Of a stretch of 64,000 nucleotides of DNA, positions 48,484-63,610 are shown one piece after another. Below the pieces are notes generated by a model that saw only the letters and a list, made by a program, of their open reading frames with translations, ran no database searches and was not told the origin of the DNA. The stretch's first letter is position 1. The number at the start of each line of letters is the position of its first letter. Position numbers and translations under genes: made by a program. The stretch comes from Octopus sinensis (taxonomy: Eukaryota), in the NCBI RefSeq assembly GCF_006345805.1, contig NC_042997.1, positions 40,176,001 through 40,240,000 on the forward strand. The letters are read 5' to 3'.

Positions 48484-49486
48484 CGCCAAGTAAACCATAA
48501 ATCCGAAAGAGAATCATACACTGAGTTATAGAGCAGTAGAGTATTTTGAGAAAGATAACTATGACCGGTTCGTAGGTTTACCCAGGGTTTCGCGTCCATA
48601 AAGCACTGAGGTTTACGCTTTTTAAAATTTTTTATGCGCCCTTTTCAAGCCTATCCAGGCTCATGGGCCCGGTTTCCCGGTTTCTGTGGCGTATGTATTC
48701 TCCCCAGCTGGACGGGACGCGTTACTCAAGAAACAGGAAGAAAGCATGAGAGAAAGTTGGGGCGAAAGAGAACAACAGGGGTCGCCACCACCCCCTGCCG
48801 GAGCCTCGCGGAGCTTTAGGTGTTTTCGCTCAATAAACACATACAACGACCAGTCTAGGAATCGAAATCGCGATCCTCCGAGCTATTGCGCCTCCACGAG
48901 ATTTACGTACTTCTCGTTAAAACCAGGATTAAGGTCTGACGAGACTTATGTTAAAAACCAATCGGTTTTCGAACGCGAAATTCTGGGTAACCCTATGAAC
49001 CGGCCATAATTATCTTTATCTAAATATATATATATACACAATAACAATAATTCTAGGATGGAATTTATGAATATTTAATACATCGCTACGTGCGTTTCCA
49101 CAAATTACATGATTTTAACATCGGAGTCTGTATCCTTGGGATTAGTACAGTATAGTCCATGTTATCCAGTGGGCGTCCGGTTGATCGTCACCATTGAGTA
49201 ATTTCATCAGGCGATACTGCATTAATGGATGAATCACAAAGGGATGTTTATCCCCATCTTGCAGTATGAAGGCCAATCTAGCTCTCTCTCCCTCTCTCTC
49301 TCTCCCACACACACTTAAATACACACACAAACATACACACACATACACAAACATACATACACATATGTATATATGCGTATATATGGATATATATATGCAT
49401 ATATATACATATATACATATATACATACATGTACATACACACACATATATTACATACAGTGAATACATTCACACGAATGCATGAAA

Positions 49487-49573
<87 letters not shown>

Positions 49574-49688
49574 ATATATATATAATATATATATATATAT
49601 ATACATGCACACACACACATATGAATAGTATTGACTGAGGGGTTAGATCGTTGGATGAGATGACTTGAGATTAACTTTAGCTTCCATC

Positions 49689-49792
49689 TTATCTATCTAT
49701 CTATTTATCTATCTATCTATTTATCTATCTATCTATTTATCTATCTATCGATCTATCTATCTATCCATCCATCCATCCATCTATCTATCTAT
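49689..49792. repeat. (TCTA)n/(TCCA)n microsatellite
   Basis: Visible directly. Confidence 0.95.
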
Positions 49793-51594
49793 ATGCGTAC
49801 ACACATACATATGTATATATACATTTATAAAATCAGTGTATATGTATGTATCATTATATGTATCTGTGTGCTTACAAAGAAATATGTGTGAACAGTGAAC
49901 ATTTGGTGGTAATATTTTCATGGTTTTAAACATTGTTGGGCTGACATAGTAAACCGTGAGAATAAAAATGTCTTAGAAGTAGAAAAGAGACAGATAAAGA
50001 TGTTGGCATGGATGGAAAATAACTTGTTATCAGAGATTAGAGATTGGCTGGAACAAAAGAGTGAGAAGTGCGGAGATAAACCCACCTCCTACTAACAAAA
50101 CAGAAAACCTTTATGTTGCTTGCATTAATTATGTTAATATCATTATCACTTCTGTAACCAACGCTACCACCATCTCTAGTACTACCACCATCGTCGCCGT
50201 TGTCGTCGTTATTAGAATCATCAACGACTAAAAGTCTCAGCCAAGTGTATCCCAAACCACACACTAACCTTTTTAAAAGGGAAAAATACTTGATGATGTA
50301 GATTAGTTGCTCACTAGTGGACGGCTTTTGATTACAGGTGTACTTCATTAGATCTGAACTATAATTAAACAACAAGCACAAGTACCATCGCATTCTATAT
50401 CATTATGGCATCAGTTATTACCACGATATCAACCAGCGACCTCCCCTCCCATCATTTCCTCCATTTCTTCAGCATTATCAGTCTGCTTCAGATATATAGA
50501 CTATATATATGTATTTTCTATATGGCAGACTTGATTAAGAATTTATTTATATTAATCTATTTTCGTTCTAATTCTGACATTAATTAAAATCTTAAGACGT
50601 GCTCCAGAGAAGGTATCTACGAAGTAGGTTGAAGCGAGTATCCAACATTATCATTACCATCGTTTTATGTTGGCATTTTAAAACTATTTTGTAGTGCATC
50701 AGCTTGCTTTGCCAGGATGTGTTCATTGTTCAACACTGGTCTCCATATAACTCATATAACAGTATGATTAACCACTAAGTTTATTACTATTTCTTTTCTT
50801 TCCCATTCTGATTCGCTCTACTAATGAAGTATGAACAATAATGAGATCATAGTATATACTTTCTCTCTCTCCCCTTCTCCTTTTACAACGTTGATAATTT
50901 AATTTAATATAATGCAAGGTTTAATGAACCCTAGATTACTGACCATATCGCACTGATGAGATCCATCTAGATCGAAATAGCAGCTATATACGAATGTTAA
51001 GGATTCTATAATTAAATAAGATAATGAAATATAAATTGATAAAAGTGCATAAAAACACTGTGTTTCTTTCACTTTAATTACAGATATAATTATTTTGTTA
51101 TATGGATGTATTTTATTATTATTACACTAGTGCATGCTAATTTAGTTAGCAGATTTTTTTATCTTGAGGTTTGGCGACTTGACATCAAGTGCCATGGTTC
51201 TGCAGCAATTGTTCCGGCTCTTTATGTTCTTAGCTTAAATCTCATCGGGTCAACTCTGCCTTTGTTTCCAGGTAGATAAAATAAGAACTAGAGAAGTGTT
51301 GGGGTCGATGTAATCGACTAACTCCCCTTCACCCAAATTGCTGACCTCTTGCCTAAATTATAAATAACTATTATTATCAAGGCAGAAAGACAGCAGAATC
51401 AATCATTAAGGAGTCGAGAAAAAATGCTTGCAGTATGTCTCCGAAATTTTGCATTCTGAATTCATAGCCCGCCGGGGTCAGCTTGGTCTTTCATCCCTTC
51501 GGGGTCGATAACATACATGCTAATTAAAGGCTAACGTTGATGGCTAATACTCTTTCTGTTCAAAATTGCTGTCCATTTTTTGACTCAGGGTACA

Positions 51595-53000
51595 ATTGAG
51601 CCTCCGAACATTTTGTGCTTCAGTTATTGGTTTTGTTTCACTTATACACGCAGTATTTTGCTTATATTAGTTTTAGGATCCTTATACGTTGGCAGTTTCT
51701 TTGATTTCCTTCTGGATAGTTTCGATCAGAAGGGATCGATACGTTTATCATAGTGAATACTCTTCAGTTCTTGTTCTTAATAGTTATGTCTCGATTGTTT
51801 GCTTTGATTTCATTCTGAATTTGGACAGGCATCGCAGATAATTCATGTCAAGCCATTATCATGTACTATATGTGGTACGCGCCTATCTCACTTATTCATT
51901 TTCACATTGAAGTGTCGGCATATTCCGAGTGTCGTGTCAGTGAATATGCTCGGATTTGGCAATGACAGCGCAACCTGAAATAACGAGTTTCAATATCTCC
52001 TTTTTTGGATTGTTTAGTCTCTTTCACGAGTTACTTTTTCTTGTAATTGGTAGCTTAGCATTGATCTTATGCAACTAAAATCAAATATTCCTTTTCTATT
52101 TTGGGGCCAGAACATTTGAACCATTGTTGGCTGCCACTCTGGCGTACATCCTTTCTATAGAGACTGGCAGATATTAGTCATAGAATAGTGTTTTTCTCCA
52201 ATTCTCTTCAGTATAACTTGGAATTTCATTTCATTTTGTCTTTTGTTTGTGTTAGCCTTTCTCTATTGTTTACTCTTTATTCAGATCTTTTCCTTCTGTG
52301 TATTTACTCTCTGACTTGTCCTCTTTTGTTTTCCTTTACAAAAAGAAAGATTTGTTTTCTTGTTCTTTTATTACACCAATGAGTTTCTCGTTGCTTACAT
52401 TTAAGTGTTTTTTCAGTTGTTATTTTATATTATCTTTTTTCCTATTTGTATTCGACTCTTTTCTTCCTGCCTGCAGGGTAGATTAGGTATGTTCCATCAA
52501 TACAACATACCATCAATGAAAGGGTTGTGCCTTCAGAAACTTGTTTATAGCTTAATGGTTTTATGTTTTAGTTCTTCGACATATCTAACTTCTAATTTAT
52601 TATTTTGTAGCTGTAGAGAATAATTTGGATGGCTATTGTATTTATTCTTATCGTCTAATTTCTAGAACTGAGTTTTGTTTTTAACATTGTCTGATTCTTT
52701 TGTCGCACGCTTTTCTTCTTCAATTATATGTGTTGTATTCCTATCAGTTTCATCTATTCTGAAATATTTGTGTTGGTTTCATGGTTTATTTATTTGTTTA
52801 TAGTGTCTAGATGTTATACAATGTACTCAATTTTACCGAATTTATCTCTTTGTATAATAGCTTTGGCACGTATGTCTAGACCTATACTAATTTTTGTATC
52901 TTGTCTGAATTCACGAACAATTTTAGTAGGTTCTCTGTGTATTTTTAAAAATCAGACTACATAGGAGAGTTTATAATCTATTCCCTCTATAACATTAATT
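51595..53000 (-). pseudogene. Decayed R4/Dong-like (RLE) non-LTR retrotransposon: RT thumb to endonuclease region
   Basis: Fragmented translation includes VREFRQDTKISIGLD..AKA, LVISGCAVIAKSEHIH, MPVQIQNEIKANNRDITIKNKN and INVSIPSDRN. These resemble the R4/Dong zinc knuckle and PD..D RLE region. Many stops and frameshifts. Confidence 0.7.
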
Positions 53001-53515
53001 CACTTATAACTAGTAATTGTTTCATTAAATTAAAGATGAAGAACCTTCTTGAATGTTTCCTCTTCTTACGTACTAGTTAAAACTTTTTCTTTATTTTATT
53101 GTCATTAACATTGTTTCTCAATTTAACATAACAGTATGATGCATCGTATCAGCAATGGAACTGTTTCATTGACATCGAATATTTCCTGTTTCTAAGTTTA
53201 TTGTATACTAATTAATGCTTATTATTCATTAACATTCTTTTTTTGTTTTCATCATTTTCACGCTAGTCTTTATAGCATCACCAAGTGAACTTCCGAATTC
53301 CCGAGGTGTTCACATTATTGTCTTTTGTAAAATTGGTGTTTGTATGTTTCATCAATATTATTTCGTGTGGAATTTGTGTCGTTGTTTCTTGTGATACTTT
53401 AGTGTTTCGTCTCTATGCTGAGTAGGATATAGGATATGTAGTTTGATTTGTGTTAACTTGTTGGACGCTGACTGCATAGAATTTGTGCCGTGTGGGTTGC
53501 GTTAGTCGTGTTATA

Positions 53516-53724
53516 CAGGGTGTCCCAGAAGTCGTGCACCATTCTGGTTTTCATTTAAAATAATTAAAGCATTTTATTTTATCATATTTTTTCGGCATGT
53601 TTTATTGTAGTGAGTGCTCAATTTGAGCATTTGTTATGGTTAATTTCAATAACGTGTTTTTGAAATCAGTAAGGGTGTATTCTTTTAAAAAACCTGGGTG
53701 ATGCGCGACTTCTGGGACACCCTG
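53516..53724. mobile_element. Tc1/mariner-type MITE (209 bp)
   Basis: TIR of about 26 bp, cagggtgtcccagaagtcg(t/c)gca(c/t)ca, with TA on both sides (53514-53515 and 53725-53726). Confidence 0.9.
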
Positions 53725-54069
53725 TATTGTTTGTTGGCAATATTGTATTACATGAGTTGTGAGAATTGTTGTTAGTGTATGGGCCGTGTTGTTAGCATCA
53801 GAAGTTGTAGATTATGTAAGATTTAACTAAACTGAGAGATAAATGAAAACAAACACCAAAAAAAGGCGGAAAAAAGTAAGAGCTACAACTGCATCTTCGA
53901 AGAAGTTTCTTCTAAAAACTAACAACAGTAACAACAACAAGATGCATACAAATATAAACAAGCAAAAACAAGCACAAACATACAGAGATATAGTTTTGGC
54001 ACTCTCTGATTCCCTACACGAACAGAATGGTGAGAGTTACGATGAAGAGACGGGAAAATAATAGCAGAT

Positions 54070-54420
54070 GGATGGAAGCACTCCGTCGGTTACGACGACG
54101 AGGGTTCCGGTTGATCCGAATCAATGGAACAGCCTGCTCGTGAAATTAACGTGTAAGTGGCTGAGCACTCCACAGACACGTGTACCCTTATCGTAGTTCT
54201 CGGGGATATTCAGCCGGCCCCTTGAAATACAGGTACAACAGAAACAGGAAGTAAGAGTGAGAGAAAGTTGTGGTGAAAGAGTACAGCAGGGATCACCACC
54301 ATCCCCTGCCGGAGCCTCGTGGAGCTTTTTAGGTGTTTTCGCTCAATAAACACTCACAACGCCCGGTCTGGGAATCGAAACCGCGATCCTATGACCGCAA
54401 GTCCGCTACCCTAACCACAA
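54070..54420 (-). mobile_element. SINE family D (variants at 28452-28740, 32090-32380, 47225-47540, 48150-48340, 48620-48893, 56465-56697)
   Basis: Reverse complement of family D; the variants share the tRNA-like head. Confidence 0.8.
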
Positions 54421-54801
54421 TAGCAGATAGAGAGGTTGTCAAAGAAGACGAAGGATGGAACATGGAGGAAATTTAAGCTAAGAACATAAAGAGCCGGAAC
54501 AATTGCTGCAGAACCATGGCACTTCTTGATGTCAAGTCGCCAACCCCGAATATCTCGCCGCTTGAAGACTCACGAAATTCAAAAGAACGTAACGAAACAA
54601 GTTAGTCAGACGACTGGCCAATGAGAACAAGATAAACAACAACGGTAACAATATTAGCAGCAACAAAAGGATACGAAATAAAAAGAAATCCACTAAAACG
54701 ACACCAACAAGTGTAGAAACAATAATTGCAACGACTTCTATAACAGCAGCGGTAGATAACAAAACTAAAATGTATAACAGCATCAACAAAAGGACCCGCT
54801 A

Positions 54802-55415
<614 letters not shown>

Positions 55416-55920
55416 TTTATATTGCTGTTGTGGTTTTGTTCCTGTGGATGCATTTATTTCTCAGAGTTCTGCACAGAGTGTCATTTCCTCCAGGAATACG
55501 AGTCGAAAATATTCTTTAGTTCGTTTCATCAACGAAATCGTTTGCAATATTTGAATATCCATTCCATTTCCCTGGGGGTAGAAAAAGAGGTTCGTCCAAA
55601 TTTTTATATTTTAAAAAAATTTTAGTATATATATTTCTATTTTTTGCCATTTATAGATTTTACTCTAGTTATAAAATGGTTGATTCAGAAATAACTTACA
55701 GAGAGGTTCGCCAAAGTGGCGGTAGCAGTAACTTAAATAACCTAAAGACACACGTTTCCCAATTTGTCAGTGTTTTCAAACATGAAAATAGACTTATGGA
55801 AATTAAATAAACTGACAGAGCTTTAGGTATAAGCACATCAGTTGCACAATGGAAAACACACACACACACAAAAAAGAATCATTTTGAAGACATTTAAGCG
55901 AAAATAAACAATATAAGAAA

Positions 55921-56295
<375 letters not shown>

Positions 56296-56831
56296 CAATG
56301 ACAGCTGTTGTAGCAGCGACATATTTAGCAACAACTGCGTCATTAGGAGCCCCTCGACATGAACCAACTGAAGTTGATAGGAAAGAGACATGTCGAGGCA
56401 GCTCCTCATTGGCAGAATTTACCCAGGAAAAGCAAGGAAGAGAATAAAGTTTACCTGCTCGAGTCATGCCGACTGATAAGGATTAGTTTCCCGGTTGCCA
56501 TGGCGTATTAATTTCCCCACCTGGACGGAATGCCGGTCCGTTGCAGGATTACTAATTTTTGTCAGCTGAGTAGACCGGAGCAACGCGAAATGAAGTGTCT
56601 TGTTGAAGGACACAACGTGTCGCCCGGTCTGGGAATCGAAACCACACTCTTACGATCATGAGTCCAACACCCAAACCTCTATGCCTCGCGCCTCCACAAG
56701 GAGGAGAATTGTGATATACTTGTTCCCAAAGAACATGTAGGGTTTCAATATGCCCTCGAAAATAAGATGGAAGGATATATATATATATTTTTTCCTCTGT
56801 CTTCCCTTCTCGGGATCTTTCCTTCTCCTTT

Positions 56832-56866
56832 GTTTCCGACGAAGAGCTCCGCTCGAAACGTTGAAC
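56832..56866 (+). ncRNA. Minimal type-I hammerhead-like motif with variant core CCGACGA
   Basis: GUUU-CCGACGA-A-GAGC(UCC)GCUC-GAAAC-GUU-GAAC, inside a module 56788-56965 flanked by (TA)n. Confidence 0.5.
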
Positions 56867-57668
56867 CCTCCTTCCCTTCTTTCCTGAGCGTCAAATAATA
56901 CTTTAATTGTTCCACGTCCTCGCGTTGCTGTGTTTTTTTCTGTGTTTTCTTGTTTGGATTAACCTTATATATATATATATATATAGCAGAATGTATGCTC
57001 CTTCGAATGAGGCAGGGTATAGTGTCATTGTGGTCGTTAAGATCAAGATGTTAAGCAGAGTTGGTACTCTAAACGCCTCCTTGCAGGCTGGTGCCATGGC
57101 AGAAGCGTTCGGAGACTGCGAGGATTATTGGCTCATAGTTGCTGCTTGTTTTAATTACTGTGTTTTATCGTACAATTTTCATTTATTTCGTGATTTATAA
57201 ATTTTTAAAATACGTTTCAGTCATATAAGGCGGCGAGCTGGCAGAATCGTTAACATGCCGGGCAAAATGCTTAGCAGCATTTCGTCCGTCTTTACATTCT
57301 GAGTTCAAATGCGGCCGAGGTCGACTTTACCTTTCATCCTTTCGTGGTCGATAAAATAAGTACTAATTGAGCACTGGGGTTCGACGTAATCGATTTAAAC
57401 CCTCCTCCTGAAATTGCGAGAGGAGGGTTTAACACGAGAGAAAAACCAGAAGGAAAACACACCAGGATAAAACACCACCCACTAAATATTCAACTCCATT
57501 CACAACAGCAACAAGAAATTGCACTCTCGTCGAACTTTGTACCAGTAAGAAGAAAAGAAATAAAGAATTATTAACTCTCATAATACAAACTGGGGATATA
57601 GACAGAGGTAGAGGCTTTCAATAAAAGCAAGTGAAAGTTCCAGAGGACTTGAAATTGGTAAGGCTGCC

Positions 57669-57711
<43 letters not shown>

Positions 57712-57712
57712 T

Positions 57713-57775
<63 letters not shown>

Positions 57776-57824
57776 TGATTGATTGATTGATTGATTGATA
57801 GATAGATAGATAGATAGATAGATA
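57669..57824. repeat. (GATA)n/(GATT)n microsatellite
   Basis: Visible directly. Confidence 0.97.
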
Positions 57825-60037
57825 GAAATAATATGAGAGAGAATTACTTACATGACGCTGGCAACACCGGCGTTATGACCGTAAACAGATTACTTCTGAG
57901 TTTACTCAAAAGCATTTAGAATATTAGGGCACGTGATGAATGGCAACGTAAATTGTTTTCCAAAATGTAGTTATGTCACATTATGTTCTGAGTTCAAACC
58001 TTGTCAAGAATGATTTTTCTTCCCCACTTTCTGGGTCGAAAAAATATGTATTACTCAAGTATTGGAGTTGATGTTATCGATTATATCATTCCTCCACCAA
58101 AATTTTGCAATTTTGGACCATTGCTAAAAAGAGAGAAATTAATTAAATTTCTTTAATATCGAATTCTATAAATTGTAGTATCATACAGATCAGAGAGTCA
58201 ATATGTCAATTCAGTTCCTTCAAGCTAAAATTCAAATTATGCGACACATCACACAAACTCACTATAATTATATGCAGATTTAGGCAGAATATTTTATGTA
58301 TGTATTTCTAATCAAATTATCAGATGCTACATCAAAATATAACATTCAATTAAATGTAAGTACACTGATCTGGCCTTTTTTTTTTCTTTTTTGGTAAATC
58401 TTCTAACGTGTGACTGATTATGAGTATCTGCTGAATTTATAGTAATATGGGAAGCATGCTTATTATAATAAATTTCAATTTTTTTCTGATATTTCATAAC
58501 AAATTTGCTGATATTAAGAAATATTTTCCTGCTCAAAGAAATCATATTGTAGTGGTGTCAATTGTTCAGAGTTGGTTACTTCATTGGTTTCAATAAATTT
58601 CCTATTATGCTATGCAAAAAAGACACGGTCCTATCAAAAGTTTTGACAGTACAGTTGGTTATGATAGAATTTCGAAGTAACAAGATTTTACTTATCTATA
58701 TTCTGATTGAATCGTCTAAATGTAGAAATATATGGCCATGAGCTGACATTTTGTGGCAAATCTGAGCTCTATCGTGATTGTATTGCAACTAAATTTTAAC
58801 TGTTTGACATATTAATGAATTGGCTTTTGAGTCACGTTAAGTAAAAAAAATAATGGAGATGATTAGTTTAGATATGATGTCTTGTGGTGTTGGGATTGTA
58901 GTGTCAAGAAAACGGATTCTAAATTCTGGTATATCAGTCTGATAGATCAACTATTCGTCTTAGGTTATCTTGGCCTGGATGTAGTGCACTGAAAATATTA
59001 TTGCATGAATTTGCAATTTCGTGTATCACATAGGAACCCAACAATATATAATACTAAAACTCTTGACCATAATACTAAAATTCTGTTGACTACTGATGAT
59101 TATTTTGTGTTTTCTTCGGACGTCCACACTATTCTCTAAAAGAAATGTTTGTCTCCTTTTTGATTGTCGATTTTAGTTTTTCCTACAGTACTCACTACTT
59201 TGTGTGAACAAGATTGCTTTATCTGGTGTAAGATGATTGCCCTCATTAATGAGATCTTCCCTGATTTAGTTGAGTCAGTTTAAAAACAATTCTGTCGTAA
59301 ATTATTTCATACTACCGGCAATTAAAATGTATAGTTTTGTCACGAACTGTTTAATAAACTAACGACCTTGTACTTTATTTTTGAATTTGTAACTTGAACG
59401 CAGGATATGATCGAAGTATACTTTGAATAACTAATTTTTATATATATATATCTTTAATTTACATCCCAATTATTAAATACGTCTCAAGTCTTTTCACAAG
59501 CCTAAGCAAGTAAAAGACAAACTTTATAAATTTTTCGTTTACACTCGGTGTTCTAAAAATAATTAAACATGCTCTTGAAACTTATTATTTTTCTACCCGA
59601 TTAGTTGAGCTATTTGTGATACTCTGAAAGAGTCTTTGTCCAAAAGGATCCGCTGCTGTTACTTAGTAATAATTCTCTATTTGGATCAATCTCTGTTCTT
59701 CCTATATAGGTGTAAGCACTGCATCTATATTGGCTGTATGTAATTTAATTTTCCTCCATAAACTTTACAATTTACTTAAATTCCAATATATAATATTGGT
59801 GTTTAGTTTAAAGTTAAGATAACTATTTATACATGTATTTACACATGTTTCCAGATTAACAGAAGTGTTTGAAGCAGTTGTATACTATCAACTTAACGTG
59901 ACAGTCTCATAAAGAGAATCACACCACCGCTATTTAGCCCTGGGAAGCATCAACGCTTCCTGTCGGCCTTGACACATTTCCTGTGTCCTTATGTTTACAT
60001 AGGGGAGACAAGCACCCCCATCCAGCTAAGCCTGCAG

Positions 60038-60079
60038 CCAGACACATTGTTTCTGAGTCGTTGCTCGTCATCAGTCTGG
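60038..60079 (-). ncRNA. Hammerhead-like motif with a probably inactive cleavage triplet (GUG)
   Basis: CCAGA-CUGAUGA-C-GAG(CAACGA)CUC-A-GAAAC-AAU-GUG-UCUGG. Confidence 0.5.
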
Positions 60080-62153
60080 AGTAGCATGGCTCGCTAGCTG
60101 GCTGCAGATACCTGTCTAGACTTTGTAAACATATATAATTTCAGTGAAGTAAATTCACTGATCACGGAAAATAGAAATAGAAGCGTTTGAGTGTTGGATA
60201 AAATGCCTCTACCTGTTTCGTTACGGTCTTTTACATCTTATAACAAATCATGCTTCGGTCAACTATACCTTTCAGTCTATCGTGAATCGATGGAAATAAA
60301 GAACCAGTCAAGTACTGGGGTTGATATAATCGAGTAACGCTTTACCCAAAATTTCCGGCCTTATGCCTTTACTAGAAATAATAATATTAATCAGGCATTG
60401 TGAGTAGGAGAATCGGTAAAGCGTCATGTATTTAGTTACTTTCATTAGCTTTTGAGTTTAAATCCCCGTAAAATAAAACTCACCTTTCCGTTAAGTATTG
60501 GGGTTGATTTACTTGATTCTTCTCTCTTCCGTAATTTTTGGTACTGTGCCAGAGATCATTGTTATTTTTATTAGTATTCTTAAAAGCTTATCATAAATCT
60601 CACTCTAAGAAATTTTTTAAAAGGTTTCGCTGAATGACCGTTCTTTCCTGGTAGGCGTTAAAATTTAAACAAAATAAATAACGATTCTCACCCCCACTCC
60701 TAGCTGGAATGTTGTATATGGTTGAAATTCCTAGGTTTTGATTCAAACTAAAGCAGTTTCTTCGATGCTATCTCTTATACGTTCACGTGTCCTTATTTCA
60801 TTGTATTTGAAGTAGTGTTCTCAAAATGTATATTTAGTTTACTATATCGTTTTAGCGTTGGTTCACTCCTACATTGTATAAAAGTGCACCGGGTGAAAAC
60901 ATTTTCAATATGTTTTCTATTCTTTGCTTTAGTATCAAATGACAGAACGTAGGCATTTCCAAGTGAAGATATGTTAAATTGTTTTTCGCCCACACTTTGA
61001 TTCCGGCCTTGGCAGATACTTACAACAGTTTGAAATATAAACAACCTTTCCAAAGTATCTATAAATATCTCTTCCTTGTATTCATTCTTTTTTCTTACTT
61101 CCTTCTACACTCATTTAGTTTATATGTACTCGCTACATCGGTTACAAATGGATTATTTTAATCTATCTGAAACTCTAAAAATTAATATTATGTTACTTAA
61201 TGAGGAGTTCGATTGTATGAGATCTTTTGTAATCAAAATCTGGTATCTTCAATGATAAATTCTGCCTCGTTAATTTTTCTGACAATAACTGACATTATTT
61301 TAATTATCATTTAAAAAATTTTCTGTTTCAAAATCGAATTTTCAGTTTGAAATTTAAACTTAGAAGTTCCCATAAAATGAGATCAGGAAGTGTTAAACTG
61401 AAATTATAATGCAAACGTAGATCTAGAATAATATTAAAATTTTAAAACTATTTATTGCTTCAAGTTACATTTTTTTGTAAAGTGAATTTTAATTTGTTTC
61501 AATTTGATTTGCAACTTATAGTGTTTTTTGGGGTTTTTTTTTTCATCTCAGTTTAAACTGCATATTTATCAGAAAACAGCTCAGTATTATAAATCTGTAA
61601 TTTCAAACCGAAAACAATGTAAATAAAATACAATTTAAAAGTTTGAAATCAAAATTCCAATCTTGTCTTCCATAAAGTGTTATGATAAATAGATAGAAAT
61701 AATGTCATGCGTAGAGAGAAGACTCCAGAGACCGCCATGTTGCTTCAATGAACACAAATGCTGTAAAATTCTGTAAAAATAGTTTCAATTATAATAAAAG
61801 GTAGAACTTTGGGAATCAAAATAAATAACGTGCACTGGTTCGTGGGGATGTGGTCCCTTAATGTAACATCGTATACACACATACTCACTTATCGTGATTA
61901 GAAAACATGTTAATGTGTTTATATATCATTCTATTTTATATGTTTGATATATTGATTTATTTTCACACACACTCACTCGCGCACACGCACACAACAACAT
62001 ATTTGTTTAGATTATTGTAGGCACATAAATGCGAATATCTGATTCCCAGTTTCTTGTGCTTATCACTTTTTCAATATTCCCCAGAATTTTTTCATCTCTT
62101 TTCTGATTAAATTTTGTCTTTCAGAGAGGTCTTCTATTCTTAGAAAATATATA

Positions 62154-62552
62154 TCTTTATATATAAAAGTGAAGTTGTGTGTCTGTCTCCTCCGATTTAG
62201 ATTCCTAACTACTCCCACATTTTGCGGTACAGTTTAACTAAAAGTGGGTATCTTATAGTCGTGATTCATATCGAGCCCTTCTGGGTATTAGCGCGCGTCT
62301 ACGATGAGTCTACGATTAAAAAAAAAATTTACCATAATTTTTTCCCATTTGTAATGAATTTTTCTGCTATTATATAAGGGAAGTAACTCTCTAAAAATGT
62401 ATTATTAAATCTCAGAAGGTAAAAAGCTACAGTAATACCCCCTCCCCTTTGTGGTTAGCCATATTGAGATGGCTATTATACTTTACATCTCTAAAAATGC
62501 TTATATAGTTATTTCCTTTACAAACCCGAGCAACGCCGGGCGATACTGCTAG
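62154..62552 (+). mobile_element. Non-autonomous Helitron H1, full length (399 bp)
   Basis: a|TCtttatatataaaagtgaag ... cccgagcaacgccgggcgatactgCTAG|t. Confidence 0.9.
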
Positions 62553-63389
62553 TCCATTATGAATCTGTTATAATTTTTGAAGTCGTCTATATCATATTTT
62601 CCCTATTTCAGCATTGTATTGTTTTCTCCCTTTCCCTTTATCTTGCTGTCTTTTAACCCCTTTTCTTGTTTTTTTTTTCTATTAATATTTCTTGTACGTA
62701 TTTAAAAATATCCTTTTTCATTTTGCTTTTGGAAATTCTTTCATTCTTTTCTTTTTAATCTTAAAAGTGTGAGATATCGCATAGTGATATCAAATGTCAT
62801 ATTGTTCCTATATACCTAAATTTAGGGAGTAGGCACCAGGTTTATTTAAGAAAGTTAACTGCTATGCGAGTATCTGCTATTTAGTTGGGGATTTGTGCTT
62901 TGTTTGCTTAATGCTACAACTAACATAATGCACCAGCTCTTATGCAAAAAGGCAAGTCCATGCAATGGAGTAAATACCACCGCTCTAATACTAGATTAAA
63001 CCCTGAGTTTTATACTGGAGTAAATTACTAGTTTTCTGCTGGGGTGGATCATGGGACGTAAATTGGAGTTAGATATCAGTTTCATGCTGGAACTAATGAC
63101 CAGTATTACAGTGAGATCAAGCACTGACCGTATACAATAATCTAGAAGTGGCCGTAAGCAGGAAAGCAGCACCGGCTTCTTAAAGCCATTCACTGATCCA
63201 AATAATCGTGCAGTACTAGTCCTATACTCGGGTCAGAAATTTTTCCATAATAAAGTCGACTACAGATCGTATACCAGAGCCAAGAACTGGATTATGGCAC
63301 CAGCTTTGTATGAGTGTTCTTTAACAAAGAAAAAAAACTAAAACCCGAACACCTTCGGATGTCGTAATTTATATATATACACTTCTTTT

Positions 63390-63610
63390 TAGTTGTTTCT
63401 GTCATTTGACTGCAGCCATGCTGGATCACCACTTAAAGGGTTTTAGCCGAAGAAATCGACCACAGGACTTATTCTTTGTAAGCCTAGTACTTATTCTATC
63501 AGTCGCTTTTGCTGAATCGTTAAGTTATGGGGGGTGTAAACACACCAACATCGGTTGTCAGGCGATGGTGGTGGGTGATGAACACAGACACAAATATATA
63601 TATATATATA
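63390..63610 (-). mobile_element. SINE family A, 3' half (other partial copies at 18565-18780, 20558-20698, 21835-22055)
   Basis: Matches the family A tail region. Confidence 0.75.

Noticed and set aside
48920-49000. Hammerhead at ctgacgagac...gaacgcgaaattctgg
   Set aside because: Stem II does not close and stem I is offset from the core. At best it is a decayed remnant.
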